DNA of 14,745 nucleotides from Candidatus Hodarchaeota archaeon (lineage in GTDB: Archaea; Asgardarchaeota; Heimdallarchaeia; Hodarchaeales; Hodarchaeaceae). The notes beneath the pieces were generated by a model. It ran no database searches. It saw nothing but the letters and a program-made list of their open reading frames with translations, and had not been told where the DNA came from. The first letter of the stretch is position 1, and every line of letters starts with the position of its first letter. The DNA lies in NCBI GenBank assembly GCA_016839815.1, contig JAEOTM010000101.1, positions 1 to 14,745 of the forward strand, read 5' to 3'. The position numbers and the translations under genes are program-made. This document shows positions 1-9,218 of the stretch, in pieces.

Positions 1-2441
1 CCCATAGCGCTTGCCAGTTTCCGAGCATCATCAAACTCTACACTATTATTAAGATACGTCCATCTGTATGCAAGATAAAATTGGGATTCACGATCAATTC
101 TTGAAGGAGAAGCATCTTTGAGAAGACGGTTAATAATGAACTCAGTAACAACTGATCGGATGAAAGTAAGAAGATCTGTAACTAATACTTCTTTTCCTGA
201 ATATGTTTCTATTCTTTCATACCTACTAAACACTTCCATTCCTGGTCCGATAGCTGAAATGAAGAAGTCACCACCCGCTATCCCTTGGTTCCAGAACTGT
301 TGGAGTTTCTTCTTCACCTCTTTACTAATTTTTGGCTGTACATCGTTATAGAATCCTATGTCTTCACGTTTCGTTTTTCTACATACTACATAGATAGAAG
401 ATGCGAGTGCTGCTGATGTTTGAGCCCTCATCCTCCCACTCATTTCCGTATGAAGTGGCCAAGAGGCTGTCACGACAAAACCTGAGTTAACTAGTGAATT
501 AAGCATGACTTCCCATCCCGTTGTGGTTTTGTGAGCATAAATAATGACAGCTATACCATCGGGCTTTAATGTGCGGTAAATTTCAGCAAAGCTTCTAGTT
601 AGAGTCTTTTCGAAGTAACCTTTATCTTTTATTGTTGAATATTTCGATAATTCTCCAATGTTCTTCATCCGTCGTGTCAAGGAATCATTCTGAATACACT
701 CCTCATATCGTGGTACTAACGGTGTCTTGAAAAGATCGGGAAATAAGTCACCTACAGATCTTTTTAACCAAACATAAAAGAAGTCAGAAAGATCAGCATA
801 CGGAATATTATCATAGTAGGGTGGATCTGTAATAGTAATATCAAAGAAGTTATTAGGATACGGTAAAGAAGTAGCTGAATTTTGTCTGCAGGTTATCGAG
901 CCTCCCGTTCGAAATGTGAGTTTTTGTAAGACCATAAGAGTTCTTTCTATAGCTATTGGCCAGCTAGCTCCTTCTGGATTGAATACATTGGTTTCGCAGA
1001 AAGTCCAAGCCATTGGCAGAGCTGTTCTACTAAATGTATGAACAACTCCTCTGCCACCTGTGGTATTAAGTAAACACAATGATGATGCAAAATCAGCCAG
1101 TCGGTCTACCATGATAGCCAGATATCCCGCTACTACTTTTGCGAGTTCATCACCATTTATGTCTTCAATATTATGTGCTAACTTTACGCACTCATCAAGG
1201 ATACTCTTATAATTGCCCTTAATCTTGTCAATAAACGTCAGTAGGGCTAATAATTGTCTACCATTAAACAAGTCTTTGAAACGAGACATATTGTAATTGA
1301 CTTGTTGCATATGAACGAAAAATGGCTCCGTACCGTTTTGAACGACATTGCCCCCTGGAGTAGTCAATAGTTCTTCAGGTAATGGACTCTCAAGCAAACT
1401 CCAGTTCAAAGTCTTTTCTTGGAGATGTGCCTTCGCTCTCTCATAATCACAAATATCTTTTTCTGTTGCAATTCGATACTTCTTTCCTTTCTGATCAGGT
1501 TTGTTTGAAATAACAACTAGAAGTCTTTCACCCATTTTTCCTTCTAACGCCAATTTGGCAATTGAAGTTGTATTAGTTACTTGTCTGCAAAAGGGACATC
1601 TAGCTTTACCATAAGACATGATTCCTTCCAAAGGGTCAAAGTCAATTTCGCTTCCTATTCGAATCGAGAATGTAAGTTCATCGACCTTGTTGATTTCAGG
1701 TTTGAAAGCAACTGATTCTGAGCTTCTTCTCCCTCGAAATCTGGCCAACCAATAACTTGTAATTAGTGGTATTTCTTTGCCACAACTAGGATTTTGGCAT
1801 TGAATAGTACGTGCCCATAAATATCCAATTGGGATATGTCCACTTGGTTCTTTTGGGTAGAATTGTTCAATTTCGTCTTTAGCATCTTCTAAGACTTTCT
1901 TAGACCATTTTTCTACAAGAAGATGTAGTAGATTTACTTCTGTTATTCCTTCGAGTCTGAGTTGTTTTTCTTCATATGGTGTTGGAATAACCTTACCATA
2001 GGTTAAAGGCCACTCTAATGTGGCTTTCTGGATAAAAACTGCAACTGGATTATAGTCACTAGAGTAAACATCACAACCTAATCTTAGGGCTTCTAGAGGT
2101 ATAGAGCCACCTCCCGCAAACGGGTCGAGAACCTTTGGAGGATCACTCCACTGTTCTTTAATCATTGTTTGGGCTCTTTTTAGAGCCACCATTTTTTGAT
2201 TGCTACTCAAATTCCATGGACTAATACTTATGATCGTGTTATCAATCCTTCTCCGTTCTCTTGTAGAGTCAGGGAGATCAAGTAATGAAGCTAGTATCAT
2301 AGCTCTGGATGCCGAAAGTGGTTTCCTCGCCCACCAGATATGTAACGTTGAAGGGTGACCAAACCTGTCATTTCTTTCAATTGCAGAAAAATGTGAGATG
2401 TCTTGTAACGGCAGATCGTATTCTATGTATCGTCTTTTCAA
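1..2441 (-). CDS. DUF1156-family amino (adenine-type) DNA methyltransferase with Zn-ribbon; 3' end lies beyond the left edge (>813 aa)
   Basis: Not in the ORF track; translated by hand. TTG start at 2441-2439 overlaps the helicase TGA, and an in-frame TGA at 2450-2448 excludes an earlier start. N-terminus MKRRYIEYDLPLQDISHFSAIERNDRFGHPSTLHIWWARKPLSASRA matches the DUF1156 LHxWWAR(R/K)PL signature. SAM-binding KVLDPFAGGGSIPLEALRLG at ~2080-2135; Cys motifs YLWARTIQCQNPSCGKEIPL (~1765-1825) and RCPFCRQ (~1580-1600); catalytic TDPPYYDNIPYADLSDFFYVWLKR (~760-830). The same frame reads VEFDDARKLASAM at the left edge. I did not check every intervening codon. Confidence 0.93.
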   Translation of the reverse strand, partial: MKRRYIEYDLPLQDISHFSAIERNDRFGHPSTLHIWWARKPLSASRAMILASLLDLPDSTRERRRIDNTIISISPWNLSSNQKMVALKRAQTMIKEQWSDPPKVLDPFAGGGSIPLEALRLGCDVYSSDYNPVAVFIQKATLEWPLTYGKVIPTPYEEKQLRLEGITEVNLLHLLVEKWSKKVLEDAKDEIEQFYPKEPSGHIPIGYLWARTIQCQNPSCGKEIPLITSYWLARFRGRRSSESVAFKPEINKVDELTFSIRIGSEIDFDPLEGIMSYGKARCPFCRQVTNTTSIAKLALEGKMGERLLVVISNKPDQKGKKYRIATEKDICDYERAKAHLQEKTLNWSLLESPLPEELLTTPGGNVVQNGTEPFFVHMQQVNYNMSRFKDLFNGRQLLALLTFIDKIKGNYKSILDECVKLAHNIEDINGDELAKVVAGYLAIMVDRLADFASSLCLLNTTGGRGVVHTFSRTALPMAWTFCETNVFNPEGASWPIAIERTLMVLQKLTFRTGGSITCRQNSATSLPYPNNFFDITITDPPYYDNIPYADLSDFFYVWLKRSVGDLFPDLFKTPLVPRYEECIQNDSLTRRMKNIGELSKYSTIKDKGYFEKTLTRSFAEIYRTLKPDGIAVIIYAHKTTTGWEVMLNSLVNSGFVVTASWPLHTEMSGRMRAQTSAALASSIYVVCRKTKREDIGFYNDVQPKISKEVKKKLQQFWNQGIAGGDFFISAIGPGMEVFSRYERIETYSGKEVLVTDLLTFIRSVVTEFIINRLLKDASPSRIDRESQFYLAYRWTYLNNSVEFDDARKLASAM

Positions 2442-5400
2442 TTTTTTTCATCTTTTCCTTCAAATTTTGTCCAATTTTCTTCAGGTATCATATACCCTGT
2501 TGAATAGATGTCTTCATTTATCATAAATTGGTCTGCAGGATTTTTTATTCTAGTCAATTTTGAACTATCGGTTTTTGCGTATGTAATTATGTAAAGCCAA
2601 TAATTTTCTCCAAATCTTTTTGCTTTCTTCCACTCGTTAGCTGAGATGTGAACAGCACCTGAACGTGCTCTTGCTTTTACTTCAATATACCTTATTGCTT
2701 GAAAAACTCCATTTACATCGTATTTAGTAGATCGTATGTCAAACCCGAGATTATCATCAGAAACATTTTGAGGAATCCATCCTGTTTGAGTTTCAAAGCC
2801 AATAGCCACTTCCATACCTGCTTGTTCGACTTCTTTACTTGAAAACATAGGTTTAGGTTCAGCTTTTCTTGATGGTGGTATTACAATTGCAGCTCCGAGT
2901 ATTCTTGGTTCTGTAATCGTGATGTTTTTCTCTAATCTTATTTCCTTTTCAAGATCTTGTCGTTTCTGTTCGAGTCTATCTTTCCTCCTTGTCTCATTCA
3001 GAATTGGCATTGACATATCATAGTTTTCTTCCTGCTTTTGTTGGTACTCTAATAGTCTATGCGCAGATTCTTGAATAAGGTAATCGAGGGAACGAAGACC
3101 ATATCTCTTTTTAATCTGACTTTCTCTTAACCTAATTTCTTCAATCTTGGTCTTATATGGGAACAGAATCTCATTTACTGTGTACTCTTCAATGTCATTT
3201 TTATGTTTGAGGAGTGCTTCACACTCTTTATCTATCTTGTCTGGAGGCATCGGTTTTAGGTCCCATAATATGGACGAATTTATTTCTTGAAGACCTCCAT
3301 TCACATCTTGGTATACACAAAACATCCTTTTTCCCGCTGAATTTCCAGCACCATCTAAAACCTCGCCTTCAAAAAACCATTGAACACCATGTTTGCCACC
3401 ATGTTCATCCTCAAACACCGCATAACGTTGGCCTTTGAAGTTCTCATCTAAAATCTTCTCATTCACCGCTTCTAGTAAGGGGTGACCTGGAGCAATATAC
3501 TCGTATTCTCTATTTTCTCTTGCAATTTCTTTATAAAATGTAGTACGACTGTACAATCTTTCAATCTTGCCGTAACGTGTTTTAAAGCTATAATTATCAT
3601 TAAATTGACGTAGAAGGAGGGGGATAAAGTCAATTCGCCAATAATTTCTAATCTTATGAGCCCTTCCACCTATCTTATCAAAAGCTCGAAGGAAGTAATC
3701 TTGAATGTATTCTGGAACTAGCCTGTTTTCATCAGCTTCATTTGACTTTCTTAATAATCCAGTATAATCGATGTGACGTGTTGCTAGTCCTGTTTTGAAA
3801 AAACGTTCTAAAGTGGTTTGTACTTGTTCTTCATCAAGTTTATCCATGTATTCATAGATCTCTTCAATCCTTCTTTGATTGAAAATAGCATCCTTGAAGA
3901 ATTGCTCAAAATCAGTCTCGGGTAAGACTCTGCCTATTACATCAAACACTTTATCTGAACCTAAAGCTATTGCCATTGACTCCATCTTTGAGAAAAGCCT
4001 ATGTAGAATTCGCCCTTCTATAGTATCTCCACTTACCATATTCCATATGAAGACTTCTTTTTTCTGACCATACCTATGGATCCTACCCATTCTCTGCTCT
4101 AATCTATTGGGGTTCCAAGGTATATCGTAGTTGACCATCCATGAGCAAAATTGAAGATTGATACCTTCACCAGCTGCTTCAGTAGCCACCATTATCTGCG
4201 ACTCGTGTTGAAACTCCTTTTCCGCAGTTATCCTGTCAGGCATTCTCATACTACCATGTATTGTACATACGCTGTATCCCCACTTTCTAAGCTTGGAAGT
4301 TAAATAATCAAGGGTGTCTTTGAACTGTGTAAAAATCAAGAGTTTGTTGTCACCCAAATTTGTGAGTACTTTATCTCTTAGACTCACCAACTTGCTCTCG
4401 ATCTCTTTTTGTTTAACTAACTCAGCCTTGCCTATCAAATCAACTAATTGAGAAATCTCCTTCTTCACATCGTCAAGATTTTCAGCTATTGTGAGATTTG
4501 TTAGTTTTTCCTCTATCTCCCAACGCCTTTCCTCCTCCATATCCTCTAGTTCTTCTTCAGTAATGTCTTTAATCTCTTCATACTCGAGTTGTCGTTCCCT
4601 GATCTTACCAGGAAGTTCCAATAACTCCTCCATCCGCTCTTTCCTACGTTTCAAAGATTCAAGAATGGAGTCAATACTAGAAGTTAACCTCCTTTGAAGA
4701 ACCATCATAGCAAAGGAAATGTTACGTTTCTTCTGAGCTCTGTTGAAGTAATATCTCACATATTGGGTCACGCTATAGTAGAGATCTTTCTCTTCTTCAG
4801 TAAGCCTGAACTCTACCGTTCTGATATGACGAGGGGGAAATAACTTATTCCCTTTGAAATCTTTCATATCCTCTTTAAGCCTACGTACAAACAGTGGGTT
4901 TTCTCTTCTTTGAATCGATTCCTCCAGTAACTCAATTTTTGAGAAGAATCCTGGTCTTAAGAGATCTAAAAACAGCCTAAAGTTTTCTTCATTGCCTCTA
5001 TGTGGAGTGGCAGTTAGAAAAAGCATATGAGTCGAAAGGTCGGATAAAACCTCGCCTGCAAGGTATCTCTTCGTCTTTTGAATCTTGTCACCATAAGCCC
5101 AAGCAGATAATTTATGCGCCTCATCAACAACAACCAAATCCCATTGACTTGAACTAATCGTTCTTAAAACATCTGATTGCTTTAAGAAATCTATTGTAGT
5201 GATAACCTGGTTTCTTTCTTCCCAAACGTTCTCAGACCAATAGGCGTCCATCATGCTTCGATCCACGAAAACAAAAGATGAATTGAATTTCTCCTTTAAC
5301 TCCCTCTGCCACTGGTACTTCAAATGACCAGGGACAACAATTAAAATCCTATCTGCCATATTCCTATACTGCAACTCCTTGATCACTAAACCAGCCATGA

Positions 5401-5806
5401 TCGTCTTTCCAGCCCCAGCATCATCTCCAATAAGAAACCTGACTTTTGGAGACTTCAAAGCATAATCATACACACCATCAATCTGATGGGGAAGGGGATC
5501 AATCTGAGAAACATTAACCGCTAATAATGGATCAAATTGATAGGCAAGACGAATACGTAAAGCTTCAATCATTAAAAAGAAATCTTGAGCATCATCAAAG
5601 AAAGATAACTCTTCACTTACAATCTCGATTTGTTCAAGTTGTTCTTTCGAAATACGAAAGGGTTTAAACTGGTTATCCTTTCTTAATACCACCTCTAATA
5701 GAAAATATCCTGATCTCTCCTCAAACTTTTTAACTTCACCCAATCCATCAAAGATATCTGATTTAATTAAATCCCCTTCACTAAGAATTACGACTCCAAC
5801 CCCCAT
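2438..5806 (-). CDS. SNF2-family (SF2) helicase/ATPase with C-terminal DUF3883 (NO VEIN-type PD-(D/E)xK) nuclease-like domain, 1122 aa
   Basis: PLPHQ, motif I GDDAGAGKT, motif II DEAH, motif III LTATPH, QRRLTSS, ATEAAGEGINLQ, motif VI YDIPWNPNRLEQRMGRIHRYGQ. C-terminal GFDIRS...YIEVKAR...ISANEWKKAKRFGENYWLYII is the typical DUF3883 pattern. Confidence 0.93.
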   Translation of the reverse strand: MGVGVVILSEGDLIKSDIFDGLGEVKKFEERSGYFLLEVVLRKDNQFKPFRISKEQLEQIEIVSEELSFFDDAQDFFLMIEALRIRLAYQFDPLLAVNVSQIDPLPHQIDGVYDYALKSPKVRFLIGDDAGAGKTIMAGLVIKELQYRNMADRILIVVPGHLKYQWQRELKEKFNSSFVFVDRSMMDAYWSENVWEERNQVITTIDFLKQSDVLRTISSSQWDLVVVDEAHKLSAWAYGDKIQKTKRYLAGEVLSDLSTHMLFLTATPHRGNEENFRLFLDLLRPGFFSKIELLEESIQRRENPLFVRRLKEDMKDFKGNKLFPPRHIRTVEFRLTEEEKDLYYSVTQYVRYYFNRAQKKRNISFAMMVLQRRLTSSIDSILESLKRRKERMEELLELPGKIRERQLEYEEIKDITEEELEDMEEERRWEIEEKLTNLTIAENLDDVKKEISQLVDLIGKAELVKQKEIESKLVSLRDKVLTNLGDNKLLIFTQFKDTLDYLTSKLRKWGYSVCTIHGSMRMPDRITAEKEFQHESQIMVATEAAGEGINLQFCSWMVNYDIPWNPNRLEQRMGRIHRYGQKKEVFIWNMVSGDTIEGRILHRLFSKMESMAIALGSDKVFDVIGRVLPETDFEQFFKDAIFNQRRIEEIYEYMDKLDEEQVQTTLERFFKTGLATRHIDYTGLLRKSNEADENRLVPEYIQDYFLRAFDKIGGRAHKIRNYWRIDFIPLLLRQFNDNYSFKTRYGKIERLYSRTTFYKEIARENREYEYIAPGHPLLEAVNEKILDENFKGQRYAVFEDEHGGKHGVQWFFEGEVLDGAGNSAGKRMFCVYQDVNGGLQEINSSILWDLKPMPPDKIDKECEALLKHKNDIEEYTVNEILFPYKTKIEEIRLRESQIKKRYGLRSLDYLIQESAHRLLEYQQKQEENYDMSMPILNETRRKDRLEQKRQDLEKEIRLEKNITITEPRILGAAIVIPPSRKAEPKPMFSSKEVEQAGMEVAIGFETQTGWIPQNVSDDNLGFDIRSTKYDVNGVFQAIRYIEVKARARSGAVHISANEWKKAKRFGENYWLYIITYAKTDSSKLTRIKNPADQFMINEDIYSTGYMIPEENWTKFEGKDEKN

Positions 5807-5824
5807 TTCATTCTAAATTGTTTA

Positions 5825-5839
5825 TCTTATTAATTAAGA
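5825..5839 (-). promoter_or_regulatory. Possible TATA-like promoter or near-palindromic operator upstream of the helicase
   Basis: Minus strand TCTTAATTAATAAGA is near-palindromic and lies 19-33 nt upstream of the ATG at 5806, with no obvious Shine-Dalgarno. This spacing fits a leaderless archaeal-type promoter, but the AT-rich background makes the call weak. Confidence 0.3.
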
Positions 5840-5876
5840 ATAGTCATCACAGTAAAAAAAGGATAGTATTACATTA

Positions 5877-5984
5877 AAATTTTAGAGCTAGCTTGCAGGT
5901 ATAAGTAGAAACACCATAGACCTCAAAGTAAAAGAAACACTAAAACAGATAAACGCAAAAATCCTAGAAGAAAAAGAGGAGTAA
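5877..5984 (+). pseudogene. Possible frameshifted remnant of a small helix-turn-helix protein gene
   Basis: One frame gives KILELA; a shifted frame gives LAGISRNTIDLKVKETLKQINAKILEEKEE* (5892-5984). ELA..AGISRNTI resembles an HTH. No intact start was found. Confidence 0.2.
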
Positions 5985-6108
5985 TGGTTTAAAGAAACAT
6001 TTCACGATCGAACGATATTCTAGCCAGCTATATAGTCATCAATATCCAGTCAATGATACAAGGAAAAAACCTCGTAATTTTCAAGGTGACTACTTGAATA
6101 ATGTATTG

Positions 6109-8100
6109 TTAGGACTTGTTAAAATTAATTCTAATAAAGAGTTGATAAATTTGTTTGGAGTCATATTCAATAATTTCATTATCTGATCGATAATCTCTTA
6201 CTCTTGGATCAAAAATTATGTAAAATCCGTAAGGTACGTTTTCATAATCCATATAATATTGTATCTGTTCCATACCTTTTTTGTAATATTCTTTACCTCT
6301 CCAAATTTTTACTTCGAAGGGATATTTTTCATTATCCATAATCAGTAAAATGTCGCTTTTTCCCTTTGAAACCTTAACTTCTCGAAACTGGAACATTCTT
6401 TGTGGAAATGCGCCTTTCAAATGAGCTTGAATAAGTGATCTACCAATTTCTTCATTTGGCTTTTCTGTAATTTTGAATGCTTGGTGTAATTGTCTCTCTA
6501 CTAATGCTTTAAAGCCATCCAAAGCAGTTTTTATATTATTGAAACTAAGTTGTCTCCCAGCAAATGACTTTACATTTTGTTTAATGGTGTCAAGATACAC
6601 GTCTAGATAATATCTATTATCTTCAAACACCCTAGGTATAGGTAAATCTCTAATGCTTAATTCAGGAAGAAGCCTTACAAAATCGTTCAATTTTCTAGTT
6701 GCTCGAGATATTATCAATAAAGCTTGCGTAGGATTTTCAATTGCTGATAAAGCTTCTTCAAATGAACCTATTAACGCATCAAGGATTTTAGCTGTCTTAA
6801 TTGGTAAGTTGGACTTTTTTGTATCATCTAAATGTTTTATTGCTTCATCAATTAAATCGAAATTTTCTGAATGCTTGAATTTTTCAATGCATAAAATTGC
6901 CTTCACACACTGTATTGATGCAATAGTACGTTTTTCTTCTAATCTAATTTTTTTATGTAGTTTTACAGCTTCTTCTAATACTTTTATAGTATTTTCAAGT
7001 AAGCAAACTTTTTGATCATCATCTACGAAATTTGTTTTTGAGAGGTAGTGAAATCCTAGAAAATATCTTGCGTGTCCTTCATAATAGATTTTTTCTCTAT
7101 CGAACCTCAATTGATCCAATTTGGACATTAAAAAATCGTGTATCTTTAAGTACAAAGCAGGTGCTTCGGTCGGAATTGCAAAAGCTCGATTTCTGAGGTG
7201 AAAAGTATAACATATAAAATCACGATGAGTGAAAGGACCTCCCGAAATATTATAGAGTTCCAACCATTTATTACCAGCCAGTGTTAAAAGTTCAGATTTT
7301 TTATCGACTTCTAGCTCAGATCTAGCTTCAAGACTCATAATCTCTGCTCGTAAAAGTTTTTGTTTGTTCTTTCTTTTCCTAAACCAAGACTCATCATTAC
7401 TACTTGAACTCAACGTATGCGCATATTTATCAAATAATGATGAAGTACGACGCCAAAAATATGGTTCTTCAGTTACCTCTGCTACCCAAAAAGCCATGAA
7501 ACCTGCAGTACCAAAATCTTCAAATGATTCAAGTTCAACAAGTTTGTCTTCAACCCATTTCCTAAATGCAGCACTGCTTAACACTCTACGTTTTATTTCA
7601 AGTAATCTATACGTTCCAAGAGGAGGGACTTCTTTGGGATGTTCATTCCTCCAAAGTTCCATAGAAGATATTGCTTCCTGAGCAGCATTATCATAATCAT
7701 TTATTTTTAAAGCCTCATCCATCTTTGTGTAATGATAAGAATAACAAGCTTCAGGAATCCTACCAAAACACTCTCGACACATATTAGAGCAACATCTCAA
7801 CAAAATGTGGTCTTCTTTTTTCTTAATTGATAAATATTGACAATATTCCCCTTGAATTAAATCAGGGATTTCGTTTACTAAAGAGAAATCAACAATTGGA
7901 GACCAATCAGTAACAATTTTTTTGGTATTATTGCATTCTAAACACTGTAGAACAATCCATTCTTGATACCCACCTGCACCACTACCAATTTCTATCTTAG
8001 GTTGTGTTTTCGAATTACATGTAGAACAATGTTTCCAAATCCATCTCTGAAGATCCTCTTTCATATCTTCATATTTCTTCATAAAATCATGCAATGCCAT
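6109..8100 (-). CDS. Hypothetical 663-aa protein: N-terminal Cys-rich (Zn-binding) region, alpha-helical/TPR-like middle, C-terminal PD-(D/E)xK nuclease domain
   Basis: Long ORF with GAGGT immediately before the ATG. N-terminal CSTC...CLEC and C..CC...CREC......C. C-terminal EEIGRSLIQAHL...REVKVSKGKSDILL...YPFEVKIWRGKEYYKKGMEQIQYYM...GFYIIFD has the D..ExK core plus QxxxY, like the PD-(D/E)xK domains commonly fused to AAA-like ATPases. The helical-repeat call for the middle is inference. Confidence 0.75.
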   Translation of the reverse strand: MALHDFMKKYEDMKEDLQRWIWKHCSTCNSKTQPKIEIGSGAGGYQEWIVLQCLECNNTKKIVTDWSPIVDFSLVNEIPDLIQGEYCQYLSIKKKEDHILLRCCSNMCRECFGRIPEACYSYHYTKMDEALKINDYDNAAQEAISSMELWRNEHPKEVPPLGTYRLLEIKRRVLSSAAFRKWVEDKLVELESFEDFGTAGFMAFWVAEVTEEPYFWRRTSSLFDKYAHTLSSSSNDESWFRKRKNKQKLLRAEIMSLEARSELEVDKKSELLTLAGNKWLELYNISGGPFTHRDFICYTFHLRNRAFAIPTEAPALYLKIHDFLMSKLDQLRFDREKIYYEGHARYFLGFHYLSKTNFVDDDQKVCLLENTIKVLEEAVKLHKKIRLEEKRTIASIQCVKAILCIEKFKHSENFDLIDEAIKHLDDTKKSNLPIKTAKILDALIGSFEEALSAIENPTQALLIISRATRKLNDFVRLLPELSIRDLPIPRVFEDNRYYLDVYLDTIKQNVKSFAGRQLSFNNIKTALDGFKALVERQLHQAFKITEKPNEEIGRSLIQAHLKGAFPQRMFQFREVKVSKGKSDILLIMDNEKYPFEVKIWRGKEYYKKGMEQIQYYMDYENVPYGFYIIFDPRVRDYRSDNEIIEYDSKQIYQLFIRINFNKS

Positions 8101-8517
8101 ACCTCAGTAAGGATAATGATATTTTTAAAGTGAAAAATCGATTGAAACCATCTAAATACCAATAGAAATTTACTCTTATCACTACTATAACTTAGTTATC
8201 ATATTTAAATTAGAATTATATAATGATTTGAAGTGAAAACTTGAATCTCTGCTTATTTAATGAACATACTAAGCGCAACTGAAAACGCATTTTTTCTTTG
8301 AGGAGACCAATCTCAAGATTAGATGTATGATAGCGCGCGTGCTATTGATGAAATATGGATTGCATAAAGAACATGAATTATTCGAAAAAGCATATGCATA
8401 CATTAGAGAGTATTATTAACGTAAATTAAGTAACACTATGGATCCATCACTTTTCAAATTAATTGCAGTGTCTCTTTACGTATTCAATTTTATAAAATGT
8501 TATGTTAAGCTTTCCAG

Positions 8518-9177
8518 CTAGCTAACTTTAGAAAAAGGTAGAAATCTTATTACTCTCTTGTATTTTCCGTCAATATTTAATGGATTAATGAATTTGTTAT
8601 AAATACGGGTACCATAAAGACTGATCAACATACTAAAAATAAGTTCTACTGCATTATTTGCGGGTACTAAAATGCAGGGTATGTGTTCAGGTAACCATTC
8701 AAAGTACTCATGTTTCTGATGATGTGGCTTTTTAGTAAATTGTGCATGGTAATAATTATGATTTGATTCTTCATGTTTCTCAAAGCGGATACCAAAACAT
8801 TGGAATCTAGTATCATTGTTATCGATGTATCTATACATTCCAATACGTAATTGAAGTTGAGGAGTATCATTGTTAAAGTTGGAACATAGTGCAAGTAGTG
8901 GAATAAAGTCCTTATTGGCATCAAGTGGTGGTAGATAAAAATTTTCTTCAAAGTCTAAATGAAGACTTGCTAAATTTTCCTTAATCAATTTTTTAAATGA
9001 TTCTTCACTATAAGGGGGAATAAAATATGTTAGATATTCATGGTTATCTCGTGTTGAAGAGATTAATTCATCATCTTTTAAATCCTTATCATTTCGCCAG
9101 AGTTTTTCTGACAGTTCATTCAACCGTTCAAGTACTTGACACATTATTTCAAAGTCTTTTTTTAAACTCTCTGGCAC
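8518..9177 (-). CDS. Hypothetical 219-aa His-rich protein, possible DUF2290-like effector; last gene of the vsr-dcm-GHKL/HK-REC cluster
   Basis: GTG start with GGTGA 6 nt upstream; 41 bp from the preceding gene on the same strand. Contains GIRFEKHEESNHNYYHAQF...LPEHIPCILVP...LIFSMLISLYG. The gene call is firm; the family call is tentative. Confidence 0.7.
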   Translation of the reverse strand: MPESLKKDFEIMCQVLERLNELSEKLWRNDKDLKDDELISSTRDNHEYLTYFIPPYSEESFKKLIKENLASLHLDFEENFYLPPLDANKDFIPLLALCSNFNNDTPQLQLRIGMYRYIDNNDTRFQCFGIRFEKHEESNHNYYHAQFTKKPHHQKHEYFEWLPEHIPCILVPANNAVELIFSMLISLYGTRIYNKFINPLNIDGKYKRVIRFLPFSKVS

Positions 9178-9183
9178 ATCAAT

Positions 9184-9188
9184 TCACC
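9184..9188 (-). promoter_or_regulatory. Ribosome-binding site GGTGA
   Basis: Minus strand ATGGTGAATTGATGTG: GGTGA with a 6-nt spacer to the GTG start at 9177. Confidence 0.55.
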
Positions 9189-9218
9189 ATTTATGAAAAA
9201 TGCTTACTCTTGATGAGT

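Noticed and set aside
118-4697. Short track ORFs 118-351, 2309-2503, 3214-3438, 3472-3669, 3879-4067 and 4491-4697
   Set aside because: All are antisense or out-of-frame shadows overlapping the motif-supported methyltransferase and helicase genes. The Ser-rich 4491-4697 ORF simply mirrors a Glu-rich helicase segment.
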